DNA of 64,000 nucleotides from an uncultured Spirochaetota bacterium (GTDB lineage Bacteria; Spirochaetota; Spirochaetia; SZUA-6; Fen-1364): assembly GCA_963734545.1 (NCBI GenBank), contig CAVTHO010000007.1, positions 224,001-288,000 of the forward strand, given 5' to 3'. Positions 50,616 to 60,557 of the stretch are shown piece after piece. Every line of letters starts with the position of its first letter. Positions within the stretch are counted from its first letter, which is position 1. The notes under the pieces were generated by a model, which saw only the letters and a program-made list of their open reading frames with translations, did not search any database and had not been told where the DNA came from. The translations under genes were made by a program, and so were the position numbers.

Positions 50616-50949
50616 AAGGGATGCGGCGCTGGCCGCCGCCCGTCTTATCGAGGATCACAAGGGCGAAGACACGGTGGTGCTGGACATCAGCGGCGTTTCC
50701 ACGATCGCCGACTTTTTCATCATTTCCACCGCGCGCAGCGCCGCGCACCTCACCGGTCTGCTCCGCGAGCTCACCGTGTTCTTCCATGAACGAAACGTTC
50801 TCCCATTGAACAGACACAAGGGCAGGGAGGAAAAAGGGTGGCTGCTGCTGGATTGCGGGGACTTTGTCATACATCTGATGGAGAAGGAACAGCGGGCTTT
50901 TTACGACCTTGAGCGGCTGTGGTTCAAGGCCGAGCGGGTTACTTACTGA
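50596..50949 (+). CDS. rsfS: Ribosome silencing factor
   Basis: KGED.VVLD, ADFFII, WLLLDCGD.VIH, FYDLERLW. Confidence 0.93.
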   Translation: MADMSSRRDAALAAARLIEDHKGEDTVVLDISGVSTIADFFIISTARSAAHLTGLLRELTVFFHERNVLPLNRHKGREEKGWLLLDCGDFVIHLMEKEQRAFYDLERLWFKAERVTY

Positions 50950-51320
50950 TCGAAGTCTTCGTAGTCGAGATCCTCGTCGATATCGTATTCATCCTCGTCG
51001 AGGTAGTCTTCTTCTGCCTCCTCTTCTTCTTCGTCCTCTTCCTCGTCGAGATCTTCTTCCTCTTCTTCCTCCTCTTCTTCCTCGTCCTCTTCGAACTCCT
51101 CGTCGAGGTCCTCGTCGAACTCTTCTTCCTCTTCGCTGATCTCTTCTTCGTCGTAGTCTTCCTCGAGATCGTCCTCGTAGTCGTCGAAATCGTCGTCGAG
51201 GTTTTCCTGATCGTCATCCGCTCCTACGCTCTCGTCCTCGCCCTTTCCCTTGCCTTTTGCAAGGGAGTAGCCGAGCGCGGGATAGATCTGCCTGCCGATG
51301 TTTTCGTTGAATTCCATCAT
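50943..51320 (-). CDS. Small, extremely acidic (Asp/Glu) protein
   Basis: CGGAG RBS; own promoter TTGACA-18-TAGATT at 51362-51391; about 100-aa D/E tail with varied codons. Confidence 0.7.
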   Translation of the reverse strand: MMEFNENIGRQIYPALGYSLAKGKGKGEDESVGADDDQENLDDDFDDYEDDLEEDYDEEEISEEEEEFDEDLDEEFEEDEEEEEEEEEEDLDEEEDEEEEEAEEDYLDEDEYDIDEDLDYEDFDQ

Positions 51321-51377
51321 GGTACACTCCGCTTCAGCCCGTGAAGTATGGAACCTAGCTGAATCTACGTCCAGATT

Positions 51378-51884
51378 TTACGAATTGTCAACTAGTTTTT
51401 TCGGGTGTTCCGCGGACTGCGGTTCCTGCATTCCCAGGAAGACGGTGAGCCTTCCAAAAGGGCCCCGGACGGCGCGGCTGAACGATACGGCAAGGTCCGG
51501 AACGAGGCTCTGCAGCTGACGGGCGGCGATGACCGCCGGCGGTGTGATGTCGCAGCGCACCTGCCTGTCGAAGAGCAGGGTGATTGCCCGCCCGGTGATC
51601 TGGTTGGTCAGCTCGCCGAGCGCCGCCATGTGGATTTCGCTGAATCTGTCCGTCACCGCGATGCGGAGACCGCCTGTCATCGCGCGCAGAATGAACGAGG
51701 CGCTGGGCGTGTCGGTGCGCAGCATGAAGATGCCTTTCAGATCCCCCGTGATTCCCACGCTGGTAATGACGTGGTCCTCTGCGGCGGGCTCCTCCTCGGC
51801 GCCTACCTTGTCGATGGTGATTCCCGTGTCCGCGAAGACCTGTCGGATGGCCTCGATGAACACCTCGAGGATCTTCTGCTCCAC
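51378..51884 (-). CDS. cheX: CheX-family chemotaxis phosphatase
   Basis: SVGITGDLKG, ALGELTNQITG (ExxN), DITPP. Confidence 0.82.
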   Translation of the reverse strand: MEQKILEVFIEAIRQVFADTGITIDKVGAEEEPAAEDHVITSVGITGDLKGIFMLRTDTPSASFILRAMTGGLRIAVTDRFSEIHMAALGELTNQITGRAITLLFDRQVRCDITPPAVIAARQLQSLVPDLAVSFSRAVRGPFGRLTVFLGMQEPQSAEHPKKLVDNS

Positions 51885-51890
51885 TTCCCG

Positions 51891-51919
51891 AGTATAGGAA
51901 CGCCCGGAAGGGCTGTCAA
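51891..51919 (-). promoter_or_regulatory. Sigma70 promoter of cheX (leaderless geometry)
   Basis: TTGACA-17bp-TATACT, 6 nt, then GTG start; no SD. Confidence 0.7.
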
Positions 51920-51957
51920 ATCCGGCGCCTGATCGTCTGGCGGTGAATTCAGGCCCC

Positions 51958-51986
51958 TTGCGACAAATCCTGCCGTCTGCTACTAT
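51958..51986 (+). promoter_or_regulatory. Sigma70 promoter of spoVG
   Basis: TTGCGA-17bp-TACTAT with extended TG. Confidence 0.6.
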
Positions 51987-52020
51987 AAATAGATGCGGAT
52001 TCGCCAGGCGGAGGCCACTC

Positions 52021-52371
52021 ATGGAAATCACGGACATTCGCATCAAGAGGGTCGAATCTGACAACAAGCTGAAGGCCTATGTCACCATAACCTTCGACAA
52101 CTGTTTTGTCGTTCACAACTTGAAGATTATCCTGGGTCAGTTCGGAAGATTCGTGGCGATGCCCAGCAGAAAGACGAGGGACGGAGAGTTCAAGGATATC
52201 GCCCATCCGATCAATTCAGAATTCCGCAGGAAGATACAGGCCCGCATCCTGGAGGAGTTTGACAAAGGGGCGGGAGAATTGCATATTTCCGGGCAGGACG
52301 ATGACGAGTCCACGCAGCAGGCCGACCCGGGGGAGGGCGATTCGCTCGACGGAGATCGCGGCACCCCGTGA
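52021..52371 (+). CDS. spoVG: Septation regulator SpoVG
   Basis: MEITDIRI, LKAY..ITFD..FVVH, FVAMPSRK, DIAHPIN. Confidence 0.95.
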   Translation: MEITDIRIKRVESDNKLKAYVTITFDNCFVVHNLKIILGQFGRFVAMPSRKTRDGEFKDIAHPINSEFRRKIQARILEEFDKGAGELHISGQDDDESTQQADPGEGDSLDGDRGTP

Positions 52372-52388
52372 GGTCCCGCGGCATTCGT

Positions 52389-52460
52389 TGGGACGTCGGC
52401 AAGCGGTAAGCCACCGGAATTTGGATCCGGCATTCGCAGGTTCGAATCCTGCCGTCCCAG
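52389..52460 (+). tRNA. tRNA-Gln(TTG)
   Basis: TGGGACG/CGTCCCA acceptor stem, CCGGA-AT TTG GA-TCCGG anticodon arm, GGTTCGAATCC; CCA not encoded. Confidence 0.93.
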
Positions 52461-52568
52461 GATGAGCTGACCGCGGTCACGGATGTCACGGGGGACAGTG
52501 ACCGCGGACACCGCACGGACTACCGTGCAAAGGTACATGGATTTCACACACGAAGGAGTTTCTTGGGT

Positions 52569-53225
52569 ATGGAAGCAAAGAGACTGAATGTCGAATCGCG
52601 GCAGAGCGGAGGCAAGAGCGTGGCAGGCCGTCTGCGGGGCACCGGCAAGATCCCCGCCGTCATATACGGACACACGGTTCCCACCTCCATCACCGTGGAC
52701 GCGCGCGAATTCCGCAACGCGTTCAAGAGAATAACGGAGAATGCCATCGTCGAGCTGCACCTGGGAGGTGCCGTGCACGAAGTGCTGGTGAAGGACTACC
52801 AGAGGGACAACCTCACCGGCCAGATCCTGCACGTGGACTTCTACGAGTTCGAGAAGGGCAAGGCGCTTCGCACGCGCGTTCCCATCCGTCTGATCGGCAA
52901 CCCGGTCGGCGTAAAAGAGGGCGGCATCCTGGAAAGCCTGCTGCACTCTCTCGACGTGGAGTGTCTGCCGAAGGACCTGCCGGAAGAGATCACGCTGGAC
53001 GTCAATGAGCTCGGACTTGACCGCGCCATGCACGTGAGGGACCTCACGCTGCCGGAGGGCGTGCGCTCTCTGCAGACGCCGGACCAGGTGGTGTGTCTCG
53101 TCGCTCACCGCAAGGCGGAGGAGGAAGTGGCTCCCGCAGCCGTGGAGGGAGAGGTCCCCGCGGAAGGCGAGGAGGCTGCCGAAGGCGCCGAGAAGGCGGA
53201 AGAGACCGAGGAAAAAGAGGAATAG
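52569..53225 (+). CDS. rplY: 50S ribosomal protein L25/Ctc
   Basis: LR..GKIPAVIYG, ILHVDFY, GVKEGG, CLPKDLPE, acidic tail. Confidence 0.95.
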   Translation: MEAKRLNVESRQSGGKSVAGRLRGTGKIPAVIYGHTVPTSITVDAREFRNAFKRITENAIVELHLGGAVHEVLVKDYQRDNLTGQILHVDFYEFEKGKALRTRVPIRLIGNPVGVKEGGILESLLHSLDVECLPKDLPEEITLDVNELGLDRAMHVRDLTLPEGVRSLQTPDQVVCLVAHRKAEEEVAPAAVEGEVPAEGEEAAEGAEKAEETEEKEE

Positions 53226-53228
53226 TAC

Positions 53229-53810
53229 CTGGCCCTCGTTGTCGTCGGTCTCGGCAATCCGGGGGCGCGCTACTCCGGCACCCGGCACAATGTGGGCTAC
53301 ATGGTCGTGGACGCCCTGGCGCGCCGCCTGGGCGTCTCATTCAAGAAGAAGATCTTCCGTTCATATTCCGCAGGGAAAGGAACGCACGAAGGGCGGAGCG
53401 TGCACCTCGTGAAGCCGCTCAGCTTCATGAACAACTCGGGCAGGGCAGTGCGGGAGGCCCTGCGGGAGACACGCAGCGCCCCTTCGGAGATGCTCGTGGT
53501 ATGCGATTCGCTCGATCTTTCCCCCGGCTCGGTCCGGCTCAAGCTGAAAGGCTCATCGGGCGGCCAAAAGGGCCTGCAGTCCATCATTCAGTCCCTCGGC
53601 ACGGAGGACTTCATGCGTCTTTCGATCGGCATCGGAAGACCCGGGCACAAGGGGGAGGTCATCGCCCACGTCCTCGGTTCGCCGCGCCGCCATGAAGAGG
53701 AGCTCATCGCTTCTGCCGTGGAAAAGGCGGCCGGGGCTGCGCTCATGCTGCTCACGGAGGGTCCGGCGCGTGTCATGAACGAAGTGAACAGGAAAGAGCC
53801 TCCCTCATGA
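53229..53810 (+). CDS. pth: Peptidyl-tRNA hydrolase (no canonical start; CTG 53229 inferred)
   Basis: VVGLGNPG.RY..TRHNVG, KPLSFMNNSG, GSSGGQKGL, RLSIGIGRP, HVL. Confidence 0.9.
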   Translation: MALVVVGLGNPGARYSGTRHNVGYMVVDALARRLGVSFKKKIFRSYSAGKGTHEGRSVHLVKPLSFMNNSGRAVREALRETRSAPSEMLVVCDSLDLSPGSVRLKLKGSSGGQKGLQSIIQSLGTEDFMRLSIGIGRPGHKGEVIAHVLGSPRRHEEELIASAVEKAAGAALMLLTEGPARVMNEVNRKEPPS

Positions 53811-55234
53811 GAGCATTGGAGGATTCAGTAGGCGCCGCGCTTTCTGAAACGTCCATCATGCCGGGCAGCACACTGCTCATCGCCGTCTCCGGCGGTCCGG
53901 ATTCCACCGCCCTCCTGCGTGCGCTCGCCGCCCTGCGGGAGGAACGCGGATTGAACCTGGCTGCCTGCATCGTTGACCATGGCATCAGGGCAGAGCGCGA
54001 GAACGAGGCGGATATCGCATTCGTTGTTACGCTTTGCGCTGCGCATGCCGTCAAGCTGAGCGTGGCCCGCATACCATGGGGGGAGTGCGCCGACCGGGCC
54101 AGGGCGGCAGGCCGCAGCCTCGAGGAAATGGCGCGTGAAATGCGTCACCGGCTGCTCAGGGAAGCGGCAGCAGCCGTGGGCGCACGCGATATCGCCATGG
54201 GCCACACGCAGGATGACGTGGTGGAAACGCTCCTGATGAGGGTGCTCCAGGGCTCTGATCCTGATGGACTCAGGGGAATTCCCATGCGAAGAGGTCCTTA
54301 TATCAGGCCCCTTCTGCGCTGCACGCGGGAGCAGGTCGTGGAATACCTGGCGTCTCTCGGACAGGCCTGGCGCGATGATCCGACGAACCTTGACACGGGA
54401 TTCTTTCGCAACCGGGTACGCCACGTCCTGGTGCCCGTCCTGAGGAAAGAGTTTCCGGGCTATGTGACCGGTTTGCTGAGTCTCTCGAGGAAGCTTGCCC
54501 ATGCGGGCGATCTCGCAAGAAAACAGGCCTCACTTCTGCCCTGGAGCAGCGAAGGGGCCGGCTTTTCGATTGCCGCCGAAACCTTTTTCGCCGCTCCCAT
54601 TGCCGCACGCGCCGCATCCCTGCTGCTGCTCTACGATCGCTTCCGGGGACCTGACTCTCCCCGCCGGCTTCCGTGGCGTTTTCTTGCTCCCGCCCTGGAA
54701 CAAAGGGGAATTCCCGCCCGGGGTTGGATCCTGAAAGGTCATGGGGCGGGCTTGTCCCTCCGTTCCGGAAGGCTGTCATGGGGACCCTGTATTGCCAGCC
54801 AAGGCAAAAAGGGCTACTTTATCCTTGTCTCCGGAGTCGAGGACATCGCTATTCGGGGGACAGGGATACGCGTGCAGTTTGCCCGCGGCCCCCGCGGGGC
54901 GGGCAAGTGCGATGGAGGATTGCCCATCTTCCTGAGGGAGGTGGATCCTCCCATCGTTCTCAGGTCAAAAAGGAAGGGAGACGAAATCCTTCTCGAGAGC
55001 GGCGCTGCTTCAGTGAAAGAATTGCTGGCCGGGTGGAAAGTTCCTGGACCGGACAGGAGCAGGGTGCCGCTTCTGGCGGATCGAAAAGGCGTGCTGGCGG
55101 TCCTGGGCGGCGCGCTGGGATATCGCACCCGGGCACGGGCGGGCGCTCTCGCGGGAGACTCCGAGGACGCGGACCGCATCGAGGTACGAACAGTCATTCA
55201 TATGGAAGAGGGACGTGAGCAACAACAACGATAA
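53807..55234 (+). CDS. tilS: tRNA(Ile)-lysidine synthetase
   Basis: AVSGGPDS, VDHGIR, GHTQDDVVET, RPLL, D.TN, RNRVR. Confidence 0.93.
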   Translation: MRALEDSVGAALSETSIMPGSTLLIAVSGGPDSTALLRALAALREERGLNLAACIVDHGIRAERENEADIAFVVTLCAAHAVKLSVARIPWGECADRARAAGRSLEEMAREMRHRLLREAAAAVGARDIAMGHTQDDVVETLLMRVLQGSDPDGLRGIPMRRGPYIRPLLRCTREQVVEYLASLGQAWRDDPTNLDTGFFRNRVRHVLVPVLRKEFPGYVTGLLSLSRKLAHAGDLARKQASLLPWSSEGAGFSIAAETFFAAPIAARAASLLLLYDRFRGPDSPRRLPWRFLAPALEQRGIPARGWILKGHGAGLSLRSGRLSWGPCIASQGKKGYFILVSGVEDIAIRGTGIRVQFARGPRGAGKCDGGLPIFLREVDPPIVLRSKRKGDEILLESGAASVKELLAGWKVPGPDRSRVPLLADRKGVLAVLGGALGYRTRARAGALAGDSEDADRIEVRTVIHMEEGREQQQR

Positions 55235-57140
55235 CGGCGACAACAAGGGACCCGATCCTCGGATCCCGCGCTTCAATTTCAACAACCGGATAGCACTCAT
55301 ATCCCTGCTGATCCTGGTCTCTTTCTTCGTGTTCTTCTTTGTCTACAATGATCGGACGGGCACGTCGGAGCTCTCCTATTCCGCCTTTCAGACCTACATG
55401 TCCGAAGGCCAGATAGACAGCGTCAAAATCATCGACCAGTACGAGATCCAGGGGACTTTCAAGGCGAAGTCCGGCGACCTGAGCTTCTTCAAGACCACCA
55501 TTCCCTACCCCGATCCCGATCTCATGAAAACCTTGCGGGACAGGGGGGTGAAGGTCTCCGGCGGCGCCCGGGCGGTTTCCCCGCTCGCGGTGCTCATCCA
55601 GTTCCTTCCCTGGGTCATCGGCTTCTTCTTCATCTGGTTCATGTTCCGTCAGGTGCAGGGCAACGGGAACAAGGCCTTTTCCTTCGGCAAGAGCCGGGCA
55701 AAACGGTACCTGGATTCCAACAAGCGCATCTCGTTCGTCGACGTGGCAGGCCAGGACGAGGCCAAGTACGAGCTGCAGGAAGTGGTGGAGTTCCTGAAAA
55801 GCCCGCAGAAGTTCTCACGGCTCGGCGCCAAGATTCCCAAGGGGGTTCTCCTCGTCGGAATGCCCGGGACCGGCAAGACCCTCCTGGCAAAGGCCATTGC
55901 GGGCGAGGCAAACGTTGCTTTCTTCCATATGTCCGGCTCGGACTTTGTCGAGATGTTCGTGGGTGTGGGAGCCAGCAGGGTGCGGGACTTGTTCGAGCAG
56001 GGCAGACGCCACGCGCCCTGTATCCTTTTCATCGATGAGCTGGATGCGGTGGGCCGCACACGCGGCGCGGGCTACGGCGGCGGGCACGACGAGCGCGAGC
56101 AGACCTTGAACCAGATGCTCGTGGAAATGGACGGGTTCGACACAAAGGATGGTGTCATCATCCTGGCAGCGACAAACCGCCCCGACGTCCTTGACCCCGC
56201 GCTTCTGCGCCCGGGGCGCTTTGACCGGCAGGTGGTCGTGGACATGCCGGACATCCGGGAGAGGGAGCTGATTCTTCGCCTCCACGCGAAGAAACTGCCC
56301 CTTGCGGAAAACGTCGACCTGGCGCGTCTGGCCCGTGCGACACCCGGTTCCTCCGGGGCGGACCTTGCGAACCTCGTGAACGAGGCGGCGCTCTTTGCCG
56401 GCCGGAAGAGCAAGGACCGCGTGGACATGGACGACTTCGAAGAGGCGCGTGACAAGACTCTCATGGGGGTGGCGCGCAAGAGCAAGGTCATTCCCCCCAA
56501 AGAGAAGCAGATGGTTTCTTACCACGAGGCGGGACACGGCCTGCTGCACTACTTTCTGAAGAACGCGGACCCCCTGCACAAGATCACGATCATTCCCCAC
56601 GGCCGTGCGCTCGGAGTCGCCTTCTCCCTGCCGGAGGACGACGCATACTCACGGAACAAAGGGTGGCTTCTGGACAGGATTACAATCGCCATGGGCGGAT
56701 ACGCGGCGGAAAAGCTCATGCTGAATGAGACGACCACGGGCGCGCAGAACGACCTGGAGCAGGCGACGGAGCTGGCGCGAAGAATGGTCTGCGAATGGGG
56801 CATGAGCGATGTCCTGGGACCCATTGCGTATGGGCAGAAGGACGAGCCGATCTTTCTGGGCAAGGAGATCGCGCGGCACAAGGATTACTCGGAGGAGACG
56901 GCACGCGCCATCGACACCGAAATCAAGAAGATCGTCGAAGCCTGCCTGGCGGAGGCCGAGCGTATTCTCGGAGAGCAGAAAGAGAAGCTGAAGCTCCTTG
57001 CCGTGACCCTGCTGTCCAGAGAGAATCTCGACGACGACGAGATTCGGACGCTGCTCGATCTGCCGCCTCGCAAGCGGGGGGAGTTCGAGCCGGCCGGCAT
57101 TGCCGCTTCCGCGGCGACTTCGGAAAAGGAACCGCGGTAG
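55215..57140 (+). CDS. ftsH: ATP-dependent zinc metalloprotease FtsH
   Basis: Two [41 protein letters not shown]. Confidence 0.97.
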   Translation: MSNNNDNGDNKGPDPRIPRFNFNNRIALISLLILVSFFVFFFVYNDRTGTSELSYSAFQTYMSEGQIDSVKIIDQYEIQGTFKAKSGDLSFFKTTIPYPDPDLMKTLRDRGVKVSGGARAVSPLAVLIQFLPWVIGFFFIWFMFRQVQGNGNKAFSFGKSRAKRYLDSNKRISFVDVAGQDEAKYELQEVVEFLKSPQKFSRLGAKIPKGVLLVGMPGTGKTLLAKAIAGEANVAFFHMSGSDFVEMFVGVGASRVRDLFEQGRRHAPCILFIDELDAVGRTRGAGYGGGHDEREQTLNQMLVEMDGFDTKDGVIILAATNRPDVLDPALLRPGRFDRQVVVDMPDIRERELILRLHAKKLPLAENVDLARLARATPGSSGADLANLVNEAALFAGRKSKDRVDMDDFEEARDKTLMGVARKSKVIPPKEKQMVSYHEAGHGLLHYFLKNADPLHKITIIPHGRALGVAFSLPEDDAYSRNKGWLLDRITIAMGGYAAEKLMLNETTTGAQNDLEQATELARRMVCEWGMSDVLGPIAYGQKDEPIFLGKEIARHKDYSEETARAIDTEIKKIVEACLAEAERILGEQKEKLKLLAVTLLSRENLDDDEIRTLLDLPPRKRGEFEPAGIAASAATSEKEPR

Positions 57141-57174
57141 CTGACGGTCATTCCATGCCGATATTCAGGAAAGA

Positions 57175-58779
57175 GTGAAAAGGCCTTCGATTTTCTTCAT
57201 TATCTTATCTGCCCTCTCATTCCTCTCTCCTGGCAGGGTACCGCTCTTTGCCCAGATGATCGGGCGGGAAGAAGCCGCCCGGAACCAGGCGGACGCATTC
57301 CTGGTGCAGGCGGCACTTGCCCTCGGGTCCGGATCATCCACCCAGGCCCGCCCGCTGGTCGATTCCGCCCTCGAGCTCGCTCCAGACTATTCAGAGGCCC
57401 TCTACCTCCGCGCCCGCCTGGAGCTGGCGGATCGCGGCTCGACTCTACCCGCCATCGCGGATCTCCGCGCGGCGTTGAAGCAGGCAACATGGAAATCGAC
57501 GGATCCCGATGCTGCCGAGCAGACTCTCGGAGAAGCCCTCTTGCACGCGGGAAGGCCGTCGGAAGCGCGGCCGCTCCTTGAGCGTCTTGTCTCGGTCCAT
57601 CCGGAAGATCCTCGCAACACCCTCCTGCTGGCCCGGACATTCGCGAAGTCCGGAGACGCGGTCCGGGAACAGAGGGTGCTTTCCGATGCCGCGGTGCGTT
57701 TTCCCCTGGAGGACGATTTTCGGCTGCTCTCAGCCGCACTTTTCGAACGGCAGGGAAGGACCGCGGCGGCCCGCAATATCGTCGCCATCGGCCTGAAAGT
57801 GCATCCGGAGAGTCTGCCCCTGCTGCTCGCTGCGGCGCGGCTCGAACGTGCCGGCAGGGCCAGGATAACCTCTGTGGATCTTTATCTGGACAAGGGCGGC
57901 AGTGACCCGCTTGGACCCGTTCTTGCGCTGGAATCCGCGCCCCGTGATCGTCAGAAGTATCTCGATCTTTTCCTGACCCTGGGAGGGCTCGCCCGCCAGG
58001 ACCTGGTGGATCGCGTTTCGGCAGTGGTGCGCGGCAGCAAGGACCTTGCGAGCTCCCTGCAGAGCGCCCTGTCCCAGTACACGGGCACGCGTGACCTCGA
58101 CGCCGACGGGGACGGATACTGGGAGGACCGGTGGACGTTCGACAAGGGCGTCGTGACTGATTGGGTACATGAGCCCGCCCAGGACGGCGTTGCCCAGTAC
58201 TCGGCCCGGTTCGCGAAGGGCACGCCGGTCACCTTCACCTATGCCGCGGGATCGAATGTGAAGGTCACTTTGAGCTTCAGCCAGTACCCCTTCATCGAAT
58301 CGGCGTCCGCGAAGCCGGCGCAGATCGCACCGAGTACGGTGCGCGCGCCGCAAGCCGCGTCGAGTATGCTGCGCGCGGGCGGCACGTACTTCATTGTGCC
58401 TTACACGCTTCAGTGCCCCTTTCTCCGGCCCGGAACGGCCGGCGCGCCGGGGCTTGCCCCGCGAATCGCGGCCAGGATCCAGACGCCCACGCTCGAGCAG
58501 CTGGAGAAGGGCGCATATCGGAAAGAGGAATATTCGCAGGACGGCGTCACACTGCTCCGGCGGAGCGAGCTCTCCCGCGGGCAGAATGTGTACGTGGAGG
58601 AAGACACGGACGGGGACGGTCGGGTCGATCACAGGGTATGGTACCTGAACGGGCTGCCTGCGCGCGGCGAGCGGTCCCCTACCGGGGATGGGGTCTTCCC
58701 GATCAAAGAGATATGGCGCGCCGGAAACCTCGTGAGGGAGACGGTCGTGGGCTTCAGATACAGCGAGGCAGCGAGATGA
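57175..58779 (+). CDS. Exported TPR-repeat protein with DxDxDG motifs
   Basis: Signal peptide; TPR-like helices (ALELAPDYSEALY); DADGDG and DTDGDG. Confidence 0.72.
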   Translation: MKRPSIFFIILSALSFLSPGRVPLFAQMIGREEAARNQADAFLVQAALALGSGSSTQARPLVDSALELAPDYSEALYLRARLELADRGSTLPAIADLRAALKQATWKSTDPDAAEQTLGEALLHAGRPSEARPLLERLVSVHPEDPRNTLLLARTFAKSGDAVREQRVLSDAAVRFPLEDDFRLLSAALFERQGRTAAARNIVAIGLKVHPESLPLLLAAARLERAGRARITSVDLYLDKGGSDPLGPVLALESAPRDRQKYLDLFLTLGGLARQDLVDRVSAVVRGSKDLASSLQSALSQYTGTRDLDADGDGYWEDRWTFDKGVVTDWVHEPAQDGVAQYSARFAKGTPVTFTYAAGSNVKVTLSFSQYPFIESASAKPAQIAPSTVRAPQAASSMLRAGGTYFIVPYTLQCPFLRPGTAGAPGLAPRIAARIQTPTLEQLEKGAYRKEEYSQDGVTLLRRSELSRGQNVYVEEDTDGDGRVDHRVWYLNGLPARGERSPTGDGVFPIKEIWRAGNLVRETVVGFRYSEAAR

Positions 58780-60557
58780 GACGCCTTCTGGCGCTTTCCG
58801 CACTTTCCGTGATCCTGGTCGTTTCCTGCGCCACCGCGCCGCAATCACCTGAGCCTGTTCCCCTGCCCGCGGCCAAGCTGAAAGAGGTCCAGGACCTTTT
58901 CACGGCAGGGTCATACCTCCAGGGCATCGGCGAAATAGATACCCTGCGTCGTGAGCGGGCCGACATCTCCGGTTCCGAGCTCGACTCCCTGGAGGCGCAG
59001 GCCATTGAATCGCTTTCCGCCGCATTCAAGAAAGCGGTAGACAGCAAGAGCTACGACGATGCATTACGCCTGTTCGACTCTGTCCAGGCACTCGGCAAAT
59101 CCGAGGCAGCCGGGACCCTGACCAGGAAGTCGCTTCTGGAGAAGCTCGCCGCTTCCCAGGATGCCTCCGGTGATCAGGTTCTCGCTCTGCTGACGCGGAT
59201 CCGCATTCTGTCGGCCGCGGAGCCGGCCGAGGCGGATTTCAAGGCGGCGCTGACCGCCGCTGAAGCGCTGAACAATCGCGCCGCTATCCGGTCCCTCGCT
59301 GCAACCATGAAGACACGGGGCCTCGCATTGCCGGATTCGGCCGCCGGGATCGCCGCCACGGCGCCCTCGTTCCCGAAAATGATCACCGGCACGGTCACCA
59401 TTCTCGTGAACAGGGGCATCAAGGTGGAGAACGGGGTGGGGTACCCCGATCGGGTCATCGGGAGCGGCTTCTTCATCGACAAGCGCGGGTATATCCTGAC
59501 AAATCACCACGTAATTGAAAGCGAAGTGGATCCCAAATACGAGGGTTATTCCCGCCTGTACATCCGACTCTCGGAGAGTCCCGCGGGAGAGAGGATCCCC
59601 GCGAAGGTAGTCGGCTACGACAAGATCTTCGACCTTGCCTTGATAAAGGCGGAAGTGACACCTGAATACACGTTCAGCGGCTCGTTCGATCAGACCGTCG
59701 CCCCGGGGGACAGGATCTTCGCCATCGGCTCTCCCGCGGGACTGGAAAAAACCATTACCGCGGGCATCATCTCCGCCATGGGACGCCGGCTCCTCCAGGT
59801 GGGAGACAGCATGCAGGTCGATGTGCCCCTGAACCCGGGGAACAGCGGCGGCCCGCTGCTCGACGAAAAGGGGGATCTGATCGGGATCTGCTTCGCCGGA
59901 CTCCAGCAATTTGCGGGGCTGAATTTCGCCATCCCGTACACGTGGGTCGAAAAAGCGCTTCCCGCGCTGTATCGGGGGGGCCAGGCAATTCATTCCTGGC
60001 TGGGAATGGCCGTGGCGGAAACCGACAAGGGCCTCGAGGTTGTCTACACGGTGCCGAGCGAACCGGCCGCATTGGCAGGTCTCCGACCGGGCGATGTCCT
60101 CGAGGCGGTGGACGGCGTTTCCTATACGAAGCTGCAGGACGCGCAGGAGGCGATCCTCCGGCATACTCCGCCTTCGCTCATCCACGTGACCATCCGCAGG
60201 GGCGAGGCCCGAATCCAGGCGCTCGTATGCCTCACCCAGCGGCCCGACGATCCTATCCAGGTCGCTCTCAAGCGAGACGCGCGGGACAAGGTCCTGTACC
60301 CGCTGTTCGGCATGCAGCTTGAAAAGACGGGAAGCTTCTTCTGGCGGGACAACTACGTGGTGAGGCGCGTCACCAAAGGCTCCGTCGCGGATGAGTCGGG
60401 AATCTCAGTGGACGATCCGTTGGCCATCCAGGATTGGCGGGTGGACACCGACAAGGGCTACGCGATCCTGCAGGTGGTGATCAAGAAGAAGAGAGCCGGA
60501 TTCATCGAAAGCGCCATCCAGATCGCGACCTACCTCGAAACGGAAAATTTTCTGTAG
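58776..60557 (+). CDS. Lipoprotein trypsin-like serine protease with PDZ (HtrA-like)
   Basis: Lipobox LVVSC; GSGFF, LTNHHV, DLALI, LNPGNSGGPL; C-terminal PDZ. Confidence 0.88.
   Translation: MRRLLALSALSVILVVSCATAPQSPEPVPLPAAKLKEVQDLFTAGSYLQGIGEIDTLRRERADISGSELDSLEAQAIESLSAAFKKAVDSKSYDDALRLFDSVQALGKSEAAGTLTRKSLLEKLAASQDASGDQVLALLTRIRILSAAEPAEADFKAALTAAEALNNRAAIRSLAATMKTRGLALPDSAAGIAATAPSFPKMITGTVTILVNRGIKVENGVGYPDRVIGSGFFIDKRGYILTNHHVIESEVDPKYEGYSRLYIRLSESPAGERIPAKVVGYDKIFDLALIKAEVTPEYTFSGSFDQTVAPGDRIFAIGSPAGLEKTITAGIISAMGRRLLQVGDSMQVDVPLNPGNSGGPLLDEKGDLIGICFAGLQQFAGLNFAIPYTWVEKALPALYRGGQAIHSWLGMAVAETDKGLEVVYTVPSEPAALAGLRPGDVLEAVDGVSYTKLQDAQEAILRHTPPSLIHVTIRRGEARIQALVCLTQRPDDPIQVALKRDARDKVLYPLFGMQLEKTGSFFWRDNYVVRRVTKGSVADESGISVDDPLAIQDWRVDTDKGYAILQVVIKKKRAGFIESAIQIATYLETENFL

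Noticed and set aside
50919-51344. Very hydrophobic plus-strand ORF (F/L/V-rich)
   Set aside because: It is the antisense reading of the GAR/GAY codons of the acidic ORF, which has the promoter and RBS.
52468-52520. TGACCGCGG repeats between tRNA-Gln and rplY as an ncRNA or L25 leader
   Set aside because: Too short and degenerate to assign; may be a remnant of the CCGCGG repeat.
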